This document shows positions 30,143-39,523 of a stretch of DNA of 64,000 nt, one piece after another; position 1 is the stretch's first letter, and every line of letters begins with the position of its first letter. A model generated the notes under the pieces. It searched no databases, was not told the DNA's origin, and saw only the letters and a list, made by a program, of their open reading frames with translations. Origin of the DNA: Nitrospinales bacterium (GTDB lineage: Bacteria > Nitrospinota > Nitrospinia > Nitrospinales > VA-1); assembly GCA_965223795.1 (NCBI GenBank), contig CBDCXL010000002.1:1-64000 (forward strand), given 5' to 3'. Both the position numbers and the translations under genes were made by a program.

Positions 30143-30166
30143 GTCATCCTGAGCTTGCCGTAGGAT
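30143..30166. repeat. Degenerate family-C REP
   Basis: GTCATCCTGAGCTTGCCGTAGGAT. Confidence 0.55.
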
Positions 30167-30248
30167 TCAGGGAACCCCTACGTCTTTTTACAAGGAACTC
30201 ACTGTTTGAGAAGAGAACCGTGAGCGCGGCCCCGGTTTTTATACGGAA

Positions 30249-30914
30249 TCAGACGATGTCTTTCTGTTCCTTGAGGGCGTCCTTGAGCGCCCGGATTTCC
30301 TTTTCCATCTGGGGAATGCGTTCGAGCATGCATTCGATCGCGCGCGCGACCGGGTCGGGAAAGGATTCGAGTCCCTCGTCGCTTTCCTGCTCGGAGGAGA
30401 CGCCGGAGAACACCACGCGGCCGGGCACGCCGATGACGGTGGAGTACTCGGGCACATCCTGTAGAACTACGGAACCGGAACCGATCTTGGTGTTGTTGCC
30501 AATGGTCACCGGGCCGAGGACCTGAGCCCCCGCGCCGATCACCACGTTGTCGCCCACGGTGGGGTGGCGCTTGCCCTTCTTCATGCTCAGCCCGCCCAGG
30601 GTGACGCCGTGATAGATGAAGACGTTGTCGCCCACTTCGGAGGTTTCGCCGATCACCACGCCCATGCCGTGGTCGATGAAGAAGCGTCTGCCGATCTTCG
30701 CGGCGGGATGGATCTCGATGCCGGTGATCCAGCGGAAAAAATACGACACCAGCCGGCCCGGCAGCTTGAGGTTGTGGTTCCACATCCAGTGGGAAAAGCG
30801 GTAGGCGACCACCGCGTGCACGCCGGGATAACAGATCGCGACTTCCCACACGTTGCGGGCGGCCGGGTCTTTTTCCAGGGCGATCCGGACATCTTCTTTG
30901 ATCTGATCGAACAT
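30249..30914 (-). CDS. cysE: Serine O-acetyltransferase
   Basis: [29 protein letters not shown]. Confidence 0.96.
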   Translation of the reverse strand: MFDQIKEDVRIALEKDPAARNVWEVAICYPGVHAVVAYRFSHWMWNHNLKLPGRLVSYFFRWITGIEIHPAAKIGRRFFIDHGMGVVIGETSEVGDNVFIYHGVTLGGLSMKKGKRHPTVGDNVVIGAGAQVLGPVTIGNNTKIGSGSVVLQDVPEYSTVIGVPGRVVFSGVSSEQESDEGLESFPDPVARAIECMLERIPQMEKEIRALKDALKEQKDIV

Positions 30915-31129
30915 GGCGCGTTCCAGGGGACAGGGGGAGTAACTGTTTGTAAATTTTATTATATAAATCCCCACATTCCAACCGCAAACCCGCAAAACCC
31001 GTTTGCGGCCGGGCTTTGCCCCGGCCTGCGGCGTGCCGCCGTATCCCGGCTCCGCGTCATCCGGCCGGAGTGTGGTCCGCCGGCCTTGAGAAAGTGATTG
31101 AGAACGCAGGGTTCCCCCTTCGGAAAAAT

Positions 31130-31162
31130 AAAAAGGCGGCCGGGGGCTGGCCGCCTTTTTTT
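31130..31162. terminator. Bidirectional intrinsic terminator
   Basis: AAAAAGGCGGCC..GGCCGCCTTTTTTT. Confidence 0.8.
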
Positions 31163-31208
31163 CTCCTCCTCATTGTAACGAAACCCATACCGCCTTTTAA
31201 GGCGGCCG

Positions 31209-31604
31209 TCAATTGATCACATTGTGTCCGCGCTGACGCATGCAGTTGATATAGGAACGCTTGAACTGGTCTTCCGCGCCGAGTCCGCCGCGCGCTCCGC
31301 CGCCGACGCCGCCCGCGGCCGCACCCACGGCTGCTCCTCTTCCAGGAGACCCCACGGCCGCGCCGATAATGGCGCCGCCCACCGCGCCGATGGCTCCGCC
31401 CACCAGGGCGCCCTTGCCGGTTTCAGCACCGGTCCCGCCGGACGCGTGTTTGGCCAGCTGCCGGCACTCCACCAGATCGCGGTCGATGTTGGCGGCGTTG
31501 GGATCGTTGTACGGATCCACCGTCGGTGTCCAGCTGCCCTGGCTGGCGCAGCCTGTAACGGCAAAAACCAAAAGCAAACCCAGTAAGGCCCCTGTTCTGG
31601 TCAT
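31209..31604 (-). CDS. Glycine-zipper lipoprotein (copy 2)
   Basis: Lipobox VTGC, GxxxG runs, 131 aa. Confidence 0.85.
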   Translation of the reverse strand: MTRTGALLGLLLVFAVTGCASQGSWTPTVDPYNDPNAANIDRDLVECRQLAKHASGGTGAETGKGALVGGAIGAVGGAIIGAAVGSPGRGAAVGAAAGGVGGGARGGLGAEDQFKRSYINCMRQRGHNVIN

Positions 31605-31627
31605 GGAACGACTCCTGAAAGGTTGGA

Positions 31628-32023
31628 TTAATTGAGCACGTTGTGTCCGCGGTTGCGCATGCAGTTGATGTACGCCCTCTTGTAGGTCTCTTCCGCGCCA
31701 AAACCCTGTTTCACCGCACCGCCGACGCCGCCCGCGGCTGCGCCCACGGCCGCGCCCAGTCCGGGAGAACCCGCCGCCGCGCCGATCGCGGCCCCGCCTG
31801 CGGCGCCGATGGCCCCGCCCACGAGGGCGCCCTTGCCGGTCTCCGCGGCGACATTGCCTGCGGTGCTGTGGGCCAGCTGCCGGCACTGGATCTGATCGCG
31901 CTGGATGAATCCGGCGTTCGGGTCGTTGTACGGATCCACCGTCGGTGTCCAGCCGCTCTGCGACGCGCACCCGGTGAACATCAGGGCGGACACCAGCAGG
32001 ATCCAGGAATGTCTGACAGGCAT
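31628..32023 (-). CDS. Glycine-zipper lipoprotein (copy 1)
   Basis: Lipobox FTGC, AAGGAGG SD, 131 aa. Confidence 0.85.
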   Translation of the reverse strand: MPVRHSWILLVSALMFTGCASQSGWTPTVDPYNDPNAGFIQRDQIQCRQLAHSTAGNVAAETGKGALVGGAIGAAGGAAIGAAAGSPGLGAAVGAAAGGVGGAVKQGFGAEETYKRAYINCMRNRGHNVLN

Positions 32024-32276
32024 GATGGCCTCCTTTCTTACCGGCATTCGGGTTCCGCAATGGGCCAGACCGGACCGGCCGGTCTGCCGCCCGGCGATCC
32101 GAAACCCCGGAACCGGCACTCTCTAATCATCGCGCTCAATACCCCTGTACCCATTCAACGTAACAACTCCCCTGAATTTATACAAGCAATTTTAATCATA
32201 AATTTGTGTATAACTGGGGCGATAATTTCAACAGGTTTGCGGCTCCTGAAAGGGGGTCGGATGACATTCCGGAACA

Positions 32277-33059
32277 TTACGGCGTGTTTTCCGATTCTCC
32301 CGATTGCTGGTACTGCAGCAGCACCTCTTCCTGGGTTTCCTTGTCGGCGGCCTTGTAAATGCGGATGGTGTCGAAATGCCGGCCCTGCTGGATGCGCAGC
32401 AGCTTGAGCCGCATCAGCTCGAGCAGGGCGAGGAACGTGACGATGACCTGCTGCTTCTGGTGCAGCACGGTGAACAGGGACTCGAAGGTCACGCTATCGG
32501 CGGCGTTGAGGATTTCCAGGATGTGCTCGATCCGCTCCGGCACCGAGCAGTGGGTGATCCTGACTTCGTAATCCTTTTTGAACTCCTTGCTTTTCAATAT
32601 GTTCTGAAAGGCGTTCAAGAGGTCGAAGACGTTGGCCTCGACCATCACCTCGCCGTTCTCGGATTCTTCCACTTCCAGTTCGCTGCCGCGCACGAACACC
32701 TGCTGGCGGTCGTGCTCCTTGATGCGCAGCTCGAAGGCGGCGTCCTTGAAACGCTGGTACTCCAGCAGGCGGCGCGTCAGATCGGCGCGCGGATCGACGC
32801 CCTCCTCGCCGTCCTCGCCGTCGGTCTCCTGCACCGGCAGCAGCATGCGCGATTTGATGCGGGTCAGCTCCGCCGCCATGACCAGGTACTCGCCGGCGAC
32901 TTCCAGGTTGAGTTCCTCCATCAGGTCCAGGAATCCGATGTACTGGCGCGTGATTTCGGCCACGGGAATGTCGTGGATGTCCATTTTCTGCTCGCGGATC
33001 AGGTGCAGCAGAAGATCGAGCGGTCCTTCGAAGATGTCGATTTTGCACTGGTAGTTCAT
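32277..33059 (-). CDS. scpA: Segregation/condensation protein A
   Basis: FEGPLDLLLHLI, VTFLALLEL. Confidence 0.95.
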   Translation of the reverse strand: MNYQCKIDIFEGPLDLLLHLIREQKMDIHDIPVAEITRQYIGFLDLMEELNLEVAGEYLVMAAELTRIKSRMLLPVQETDGEDGEEGVDPRADLTRRLLEYQRFKDAAFELRIKEHDRQQVFVRGSELEVEESENGEVMVEANVFDLLNAFQNILKSKEFKKDYEVRITHCSVPERIEHILEILNAADSVTFESLFTVLHQKQQVIVTFLALLELMRLKLLRIQQGRHFDTIRIYKAADKETQEEVLLQYQQSGESENTP

Positions 33060-33317
33060 GATCGAGCCTGGGTGCGTGGGAAACTAGGGATGCGCGGCGG
33101 TGCGGGAAATCGGGATGCGGCGCGTGGACGGGTTCATGGTTTTATCGTGAAACGGGATCCGGTTGCAAAACGTCCGGGGGTCGCGGGAACGAGGGCGGCG
33201 CGTGACTCAAGGAACGGGAATTTTTTCAGGTTCATGTTCAGGATGCCGGAGCCGCATTGCCTGAAGCTGCGCCTTTAAAAATCTACCATGATTGAGCGTG
33301 TAAAAACAAAATAAAAA

Positions 33318-34052
33318 TCAAAGGTCTCCCCAGCGGTTCTGCAGCAGGGAAAGCGCCACCACCGGCGCGGTTTCGGCGCGCAGGATGCGCGGGCCCAGGC
33401 TCACCGGCTCGAACCCGAAACCGCGGGCGGTTTCCACTTCGCGCTGGTGGAAGCCGCCTTCGGGACCGGTCAGGCAGGCGATGCGGCCGGGCGGCGCGCC
33501 GGCAAGATCGCGCAGGCGGTTGTGCGTTTCCTCCTCCCAGAAGATCAGCTTGAGGGCGGCGCCGGCGTTGTCCTTGCAGAACGTCTCGACGGAGGCGATC
33601 CGTCCCGTCACTTCAGGAACCGTCGAGCGGCCGGACTGTTTCGCCGCCTCGCGGGCGATGCGCTGCCAGCGGGCGTTTTTTTTGGTCTCCTCGGTGCGCA
33701 GCACTTTGACGACGCAGCGCTGGGACCGCACGGGCGTGACCGCGTTCACGCCCAGTTCGACGGATTTTCGCAGCACCGTGTCGAATTTGTTTCCTTTAAG
33801 GAGCGCCTGGCCGAGATGGATCTCGACGGGCGATTCGGTGAGCGCCGGGCTTTGCGATTCGATGCGGCCGGTGACCTGCTTTGCGGCGACGCCGGTCAGG
33901 CGCACCTCGAAGCGGCTGCCCCTGCCGTCCAGCACCTGCACCGTATCTCCGGACTTGAGCCTGAGGACGGTGCGGATGTGCGACACGTCGGCGCCGCGCA
34001 GGGTGATCGTGTCGCCTGAGATGTCTTCGGGGCGCACGAAGAACCGGTGCAT
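33318..34052 (-). CDS. rsmE: 16S rRNA m3U1498 methyltransferase
   Basis: HIRTVLR, GPEGGF, LGPRILRAETA. Confidence 0.95.
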   Translation of the reverse strand: MHRFFVRPEDISGDTITLRGADVSHIRTVLRLKSGDTVQVLDGRGSRFEVRLTGVAAKQVTGRIESQSPALTESPVEIHLGQALLKGNKFDTVLRKSVELGVNAVTPVRSQRCVVKVLRTEETKKNARWQRIAREAAKQSGRSTVPEVTGRIASVETFCKDNAGAALKLIFWEEETHNRLRDLAGAPPGRIACLTGPEGGFHQREVETARGFGFEPVSLGPRILRAETAPVVALSLLQNRWGDL

Positions 34053-34059
34053 GCCGCCC

Positions 34060-34779
34060 TCACACCTTAACGGAAACGATGTCCAGAATTTCGGTCAGGG
34101 ATTTAAACTCAAAATCGGGCTTGTCGTTGTCACCGCGGCGTTGGCCTTTGCGGTTGATCCACGCCGCCTGCATGCCGGCGTTCTGCGCTCCGGCCACGTC
34201 GTTGACCAGCTGGTCGCCGACGTACAGGATTTCGCCGGGCTCAAGCCCCAGACGGCCGGCGGCGGCCCGGAATATGGATGGATGCGGTTTGCGGTAGGGC
34301 ATTTCCGAGGAAAAGATGGAAAACTCGAAGTACCCGTCGAGGCCGCACAATTGCTGCTCGCGCCGCTTCATGAACCCCGGATTGGTGGTGTTGGAGATGA
34401 TCCCCATCGGCATCCCCGCCGCCTTGAGCCCCTGGATCGTGGGCATCGCGTCGGGATAGAGTCTGCGCGGTGCGTAGACCTCCTCGTAATAGGCCTCCAG
34501 GATCTCGCGCTCGGTGGTTTTCCCGGCGATGTCGATGGAAAATTGCAGCAGCAGGTGGTGCAGGACCTGATCGAAACCGGCTTCGCGGTGGTTCTTGCGC
34601 GATTCCGCGATCATGCCGCGAAACACGGTGTCGCACAGTTCGTAGGCGCTTTCCCAATCCGGCACGGACACGCCTTTTTCCCGTAAAAATTCGAACATGC
34701 GCTGAAACGGCCGGCGGCCGTCTTCATCGGCCAGATCGGCGAGCGTCCACGCCCAGTCAAACACCACGGCTTTGATCAA
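34060..34779 (-). CDS. HAD-superfamily hydrolase
   Basis: FDWAWTL, KPHPSIF, VGD...DVAGA. Confidence 0.88.
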   Translation of the reverse strand: MIKAVVFDWAWTLADLADEDGRRPFQRMFEFLREKGVSVPDWESAYELCDTVFRGMIAESRKNHREAGFDQVLHHLLLQFSIDIAGKTTEREILEAYYEEVYAPRRLYPDAMPTIQGLKAAGMPMGIISNTTNPGFMKRREQQLCGLDGYFEFSIFSSEMPYRKPHPSIFRAAAGRLGLEPGEILYVGDQLVNDVAGAQNAGMQAAWINRKGQRRGDNDKPDFEFKSLTEILDIVSVKV

Positions 34780-35111
34780 TGGTCCTGTCCTCTTAGAATG
34801 TTTATTTTGTTATCCGGCTTTTTGCCAGCCGGGCTTTCACCATGCTCGGGAATGTGCGGTTAACCCCCTATATATTCGCAGGTTATATAGTCATTTCCGC
34901 GTCTGAAGCGAAACGATGCGGTCAACCGTCCGTCAGGAAAGGATTATTTTCGCAGCCACGCTGAATGGCCCTTGCCATGACCGGAGATACGAAGTACGAT
35001 TTGGAAATAGCCGCACCGCATCCCCTATTTGCATGATAAGACAGAATTTCCGATCCTGGAAATAAAAAATTCAATCCGCCGGGCATAAGGCCGCAAACGC
35101 CGGGAACGGCC

Positions 35112-35657
35112 ATGGAAACTGAAATCCCCAACATCAGAAGGCTGCCTCTGAGTGCCCAGAACCATCAGCAGATGATTCAGGATGCGCTGGACCGGGGCTG
35201 CAGCCGGGCGAAGATCATCGAAATCGGCACCATCGCGATCCGCCCCTGGGTGAAGCTGCAATGCCAGTTCGGATGCACGCATTACGGAAAGCTGCTGACC
35301 TGCCCGCCATTCACGCCGCACGCCGACGAGATGTCGGAAATCCTGCTCGACTACCGCAAAGCCATCCTGATGCACATCGGGCCGGACTCGAACCTGCGGG
35401 AAGTCGTGATCGGCCTGGAAGAAAGCTGCAAATCGCGCGGGTTTTACAAGGCGTTCGCCCTGTGCTCCGGCCCCTGCGACATCTGCGAAGTCTGCACGGT
35501 GGACACGCTGTGCAAATATCCCGAAAAGACCCGCCCCACCCTTCAGGCCTGCGGTATTGACGTGCACAGCACGGTGTCCAATAATGGATGGGGGGATCTT
35601 GAAAATCTGTCTCCCTGCGGCCAGGAAAACAACATCGGCATGGTGCTGCTCGACTGA
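35112..35657 (+). CDS. DUF2284-like Cys-rich metal-binding protein
   Basis: C.FGC..YG...CPP, GPC..C..C, RP.LQACGIDV. Confidence 0.82.
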   Translation: METEIPNIRRLPLSAQNHQQMIQDALDRGCSRAKIIEIGTIAIRPWVKLQCQFGCTHYGKLLTCPPFTPHADEMSEILLDYRKAILMHIGPDSNLREVVIGLEESCKSRGFYKAFALCSGPCDICEVCTVDTLCKYPEKTRPTLQACGIDVHSTVSNNGWGDLENLSPCGQENNIGMVLLD

Positions 35658-35728
35658 GCGGGCCATCCGTTCCCTCCGCCGTTCCACGATCCGAACACAA
35701 CTCAAATCTTTTTCTTGAAAGCGACACC

Positions 35729-36901
35729 ATGGGATACCACTACGCGGTTTTAGGGGCGGGACGTCAGGGTCTGGCCGCGGCCTACGATCTGGGCCGGTTC
35801 GGGGATGCGGAGCGCATCCGCCTGTTCGACATCGACGCCGGTGCGGCGCAGGCGGGCGCGGAGCGGCTGAACCGGCTGCTGGACACCAATATCTATTCCG
35901 GATCGGCGCTGGACGTTGCCGACGAAAACGCGCTCACCGCCGCGCTCAAAGGCATGAACGCCATCGTCAGCGCGGTGCCGTTCCAGTTCAATCTGGCGAT
36001 CACCCGGGCGGCGGTGCAGTGCGGCTCCAGCCTGTGCGACCTCGGCGGACACACGGACACGGTGCGCGAGCAGCTCAAGCTCGACGCGGCGGCACGCGAG
36101 GCGGGCGTCACCGTCACGCCGGACTGCGGCATGGGGCCGGGCCTCAACATCTCGATGGGGGTGATGGCGCTGTCCTTCGTCGAGGAACCCGAAGACGTGC
36201 TGATCTGGGACGGCGGGCTGCCGCAGAACCCGAAACCGCCCTGGCACTACGAGCTGGCGTTCCACATCAACGGGCTGACGAACGAGTATTACGGCGACGC
36301 GTATTTTCTGCGCGGCGGCAAGGTGACGCCGGTAGCCTGCCTCACCGAGCTGGAAACGCTTGAGTTCGATGCGCCGCTGGGAACGCTGGAAGCGGCGGTG
36401 ACCTCCGGCGGGCTGTCGACGGCGCCGTGGACGTTCGAGGGCAAACTCAAACGGCTGGAGAACAAAACGCTGCGTTATCCCGGCCACTGGGATCAGTTCA
36501 CCGCGTTTCAGAAACTGGGTCTGTTCGAAGAGGAAAAAATTCCGGTGGACGGCGTTTCGGTGTCGCCGCGCGCGCTCTACCACGCGCTGCTGGAACCGAA
36601 GATCGTGCCTGAAAACATCCAGGACATCTGCGTCATCCGCACGCGCTGCAACGGCAGGACCGAGGGCAAGGCCGCGTCCTGCACGCTGGAGCTGATCGAA
36701 ACGCACGACGCCGACACCGGCTTCACGGCGATGGAAAAGCTCACCGGCTGGCACGCGGCCATGGTGGCGATTCTGTCCGCGCGCGGCGGCATCGCCCGCG
36801 GCGCGGTGCCGGTGGAGACGGCGCTGACGGCGGAAGCGCTGGCAAAGGAAGCGCCGCTGCGTGGCTGGAAGATCAAAAACAACACGGTGGTGGGAGAGTG
36901 A
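35729..36901 (+). CDS. Saccharopine/lysine 6-dehydrogenase-family protein
   Basis: GAGRQG, DCGMGPG, NKTLRYPGH. Confidence 0.88.
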   Translation: MGYHYAVLGAGRQGLAAAYDLGRFGDAERIRLFDIDAGAAQAGAERLNRLLDTNIYSGSALDVADENALTAALKGMNAIVSAVPFQFNLAITRAAVQCGSSLCDLGGHTDTVREQLKLDAAAREAGVTVTPDCGMGPGLNISMGVMALSFVEEPEDVLIWDGGLPQNPKPPWHYELAFHINGLTNEYYGDAYFLRGGKVTPVACLTELETLEFDAPLGTLEAAVTSGGLSTAPWTFEGKLKRLENKTLRYPGHWDQFTAFQKLGLFEEEKIPVDGVSVSPRALYHALLEPKIVPENIQDICVIRTRCNGRTEGKAASCTLELIETHDADTGFTAMEKLTGWHAAMVAILSARGGIARGAVPVETALTAEALAKEAPLRGWKIKNNTVVGE

Positions 36902-36913
36902 GTTTTCCCGCTG

Positions 36914-37714
36914 TCAGGGAGCCGGCAGCAGTTCCTGGGTCTTGCCGGTGATCCGGTAAATGAACAGGCCCGCCCACTCGTGCAGGGCGCTGGACACCAG
37001 CCCCACGCGGGACAGGCCCGGCCAGGCCCAGTCCGCCGTGAGGCTGCCGGAGCTGTCGTAGTCCACGGGATAGGCGAGCACGTTCCAGCCGATGTTGCGG
37101 AACACGCCCACCGCGCGCGGGATGTGGCTGGCGGAGGTGACCAGCAGCCAGGTCTCCTCCGGTTTGGGCTTGGCCAGCGCGTACGCGTTTTTGGCGTTCT
37201 CGATGGTGTTGCGGGAATTGGATTCGAACTGCACGCGGTCGAGGTCCAGACCCAGCTCCGTGAACAGCTTGCGCGCGGTCTCGGTGCTGCTCAGGTGCTG
37301 CTTGGCCATGTTGCCGATGCCGCCGGTGTGAACCAGGCGGGCTTTCGGATAGCGCCGGGCGAGGGCGACGGACGCGGTCAGCCGTTCGCCCGCCTCGGTG
37401 AACGACGCCTGGTTGCGGGCCGCGGTGATGTGGGACATCTCGGCGCCGCCGAGCACGACGATCCCGGCGACGTTTTCCGGCATGGGGTCGGGCTGCGGAA
37501 ACCGGTTCTCCAGCGGCTTGAGCAGCAGGCTGTCCAGCGGCAGCAACGCGAACAGCATCAGCAGGGACGCGGCGACGGCGAGGATTTTTTTTCCCAGCGC
37601 TTGTCTCTGCGTCCACAGCAGGCCGGTGCCCACCACGAACAGGATGAACAGCAGCTTGTCCGGCGATGCGATCAGCCAGAAGATCTTCGCGGCCACCCAG
37701 AACAGGGTTTCCAT
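36914..37714 (-). CDS. YdcF/ElyC (DUF218) protein
   Basis: VVLGG, SRNTIENA, LVTSASHIPRA. Confidence 0.9.
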   Translation of the reverse strand: METLFWVAAKIFWLIASPDKLLFILFVVGTGLLWTQRQALGKKILAVAASLLMLFALLPLDSLLLKPLENRFPQPDPMPENVAGIVVLGGAEMSHITAARNQASFTEAGERLTASVALARRYPKARLVHTGGIGNMAKQHLSSTETARKLFTELGLDLDRVQFESNSRNTIENAKNAYALAKPKPEETWLLVTSASHIPRAVGVFRNIGWNVLAYPVDYDSSGSLTADWAWPGLSRVGLVSSALHEWAGLFIYRITGKTQELLPAP

Positions 37715-37761
37715 AGAGTCCTTTCTTTAAAATGCAATGAGGTTCGCGGCGCGGGTGCGGC

Positions 37762-38979
37762 TCAACGTTTCGCGAGCTGCCGCAGTTCCTGCAGGTCCGC
37801 GCCGTTGTATCCCAGGAAGTAGAGGATGAGTTCCAGGTTGGACGTGGTGATGCTGGCGCGGGCGTGCTGCTCGACGATGGGCTTGGCGTTGAAGGCGATG
37901 CCGAGCCCGGCGCGCGCCAGCATGTGGATGTCGTTGGCGCCGTCGCCCACGGCGACCACCTGCTGCAAAGAGAGCCCGTCCCGATCGGCGATGGCGTCGA
38001 GGATCTTCTCCTTGGCGCGCGCGTCGACGATCTCTCCCTCCAGCTCCCCGGTCACTTTGCCGTCCTCGATCCCAAGCTGGTTGGCGATGCCGTGATGCAG
38101 GCCGTATTTCTTGCGCAGCCGGTCGATGAAAAACTGGAACCCGCCGCTGACGATGGCGACCTTGTAGCCCAGGTGCTTGAGGATGCCGACCAGGTCCTCG
38201 GCTCCGGGGGTCAGGGGAATGCGGTCGGCCAGCGCTTCCAGCTTGTCCACGGACAGCCCGCGCAGCAGGCGCACCCGCTGCCGCAGCGCCGCTTCGAAAT
38301 CCATCGTCCCCTCCATCGCCCGATGCGTGATGGCGGCCATCTGTTCGCCGACGCCCGCCAGTTTGCCCAGCTCGTCGATCACCTCACATTGTAAAAAAGT
38401 CATGTCCGCGTCGAACACGATCAGCCGCTTGTTGCGGCGGAACAGGGTGTCGTCCTGCACGGCGAGATCGATGCGGAAGGCCTTCTTGAATTCCATGAGC
38501 GCGTTGAACACGTCGACACTGGAATGCGCCTCGCGGGTGCCGATGACGAACTCGAGCACGTGCTGGTCGCCGTAGTCGAGCTGCTCGATGCGCAGGATAT
38601 TGATGTCGCGCGCGGCCAGGTCGCGCGTCAGCTCCAGCAGCACCGGCGCTTCGATGGTGTCGCGCAGCAGCGTCACGACCGAGCGGTGGCTGTAGGGCGC
38701 GTCGGGCCGGTTGCCGGATTCCCAGGGCGTGACGCCGATCTTGAGCCCGGCCTTTTCTCCGTAAGCGGCCAGTTCCCGCTTGAGCGGGCCGATGGCGTCC
38801 GCGTCCCTGCCGTCCAGCAGAATGGACAGGTTCAGCAGGCCGTTGAACACGAACTGCTTGATGTCGAGCACGGTCCAGTTCTGCCGCACGATGTGTTCGA
38901 GCGTTTCGGCGAGGATGCCCGGCCGGTCCTCCATCGAGATGTGAATGTGCAGCTGGCAGTGTTTGGCGATGGTTTCCAT
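37762..38979 (-). CDS. serB: Phosphoserine phosphatase with ACT domains
   Basis: DRPGI, FDADMT, SGGF, GDGAND. Confidence 0.93.
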   Translation of the reverse strand: METIAKHCQLHIHISMEDRPGILAETLEHIVRQNWTVLDIKQFVFNGLLNLSILLDGRDADAIGPLKRELAAYGEKAGLKIGVTPWESGNRPDAPYSHRSVVTLLRDTIEAPVLLELTRDLAARDINILRIEQLDYGDQHVLEFVIGTREAHSSVDVFNALMEFKKAFRIDLAVQDDTLFRRNKRLIVFDADMTFLQCEVIDELGKLAGVGEQMAAITHRAMEGTMDFEAALRQRVRLLRGLSVDKLEALADRIPLTPGAEDLVGILKHLGYKVAIVSGGFQFFIDRLRKKYGLHHGIANQLGIEDGKVTGELEGEIVDARAKEKILDAIADRDGLSLQQVVAVGDGANDIHMLARAGLGIAFNAKPIVEQHARASITTSNLELILYFLGYNGADLQELRQLAKR

Positions 38980-38983
38980 GGCG

Positions 38984-39439
38984 TCAGTCGCGGGACTTGT
39001 AGCGCCACCCTTCCCGTTTTTTGCAGGACCAGCCGTCGTGCAGCTGAAACACCGAGAGGCTGTCCAGCGTTGCGGAATTGAACAGGGCCACAATCCCGGC
39101 CCCTTCGATGGGATTGTTGCGGATGTGCAGCCGCTTCAAGAGAGGCAGGCATTGGGATTGCGCGAGGTGAATCAGGCCCGCGTCGGTGATGCCGTTGTTG
39201 TTGAGGTTCAGGTACTGAACCTGGCTCAGGTATTCGCACTGCGCCAGTTCCTTCACGCCCTCGTCGCCCAGCCGGTTCTCGTCGAGATCGAGCCAGTTGA
39301 TGTTCCGCATGATTTCGGAGCGCCAAAGATGGCGCGCGTCCTCCGGGCCGAGGCCGATGCCGCTCAGCATCATCTGGTTGCCGCGCATGCGGCCCTCGAA
39401 GATGGCCTCGGCGCTTTCGTATTTCGTCTTTGCGTTCAT
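38984..39439 (-). CDS. Small RI-like leucine-rich repeat protein
   Basis: LDLDENRLGDEG, LNLNNNGITDAG, LHIRNNPIEGAG. Confidence 0.85.
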   Translation of the reverse strand: MNAKTKYESAEAIFEGRMRGNQMMLSGIGLGPEDARHLWRSEIMRNINWLDLDENRLGDEGVKELAQCEYLSQVQYLNLNNNGITDAGLIHLAQSQCLPLLKRLHIRNNPIEGAGIVALFNSATLDSLSVFQLHDGWSCKKREGWRYKSRD

Positions 39440-39523
39440 CGCTGCCTTTGTGTTGTGCCTAAAAGGTTTATTAATATCGAAAAATTGCCTCCGGAACAAG
39501 GACGCATTGCAAAAAGAACGGCT

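Noticed and set aside
29902..30147. N-terminal extension of iscS in the ORF track (similar extensions on lipA, cysE, serB, marR, tlpA, permeases)
   Set aside because: Family-typical starts lie downstream; the extensions run through repeats or neighbouring genes
31030..31100. Faint SAM-I-like words (GGCGGA..GGCC.GATGACGC) upstream of cysE
   Set aside because: Lacks the AUC..GAG, GCAACC and GUGC core, and lies upstream of the likely -10 (TATAAT near 30960)
33060..33317. 258-bp spacer between rsmE and scpA as an ncRNA
   Set aside because: No recognisable motif or convincing extended structure
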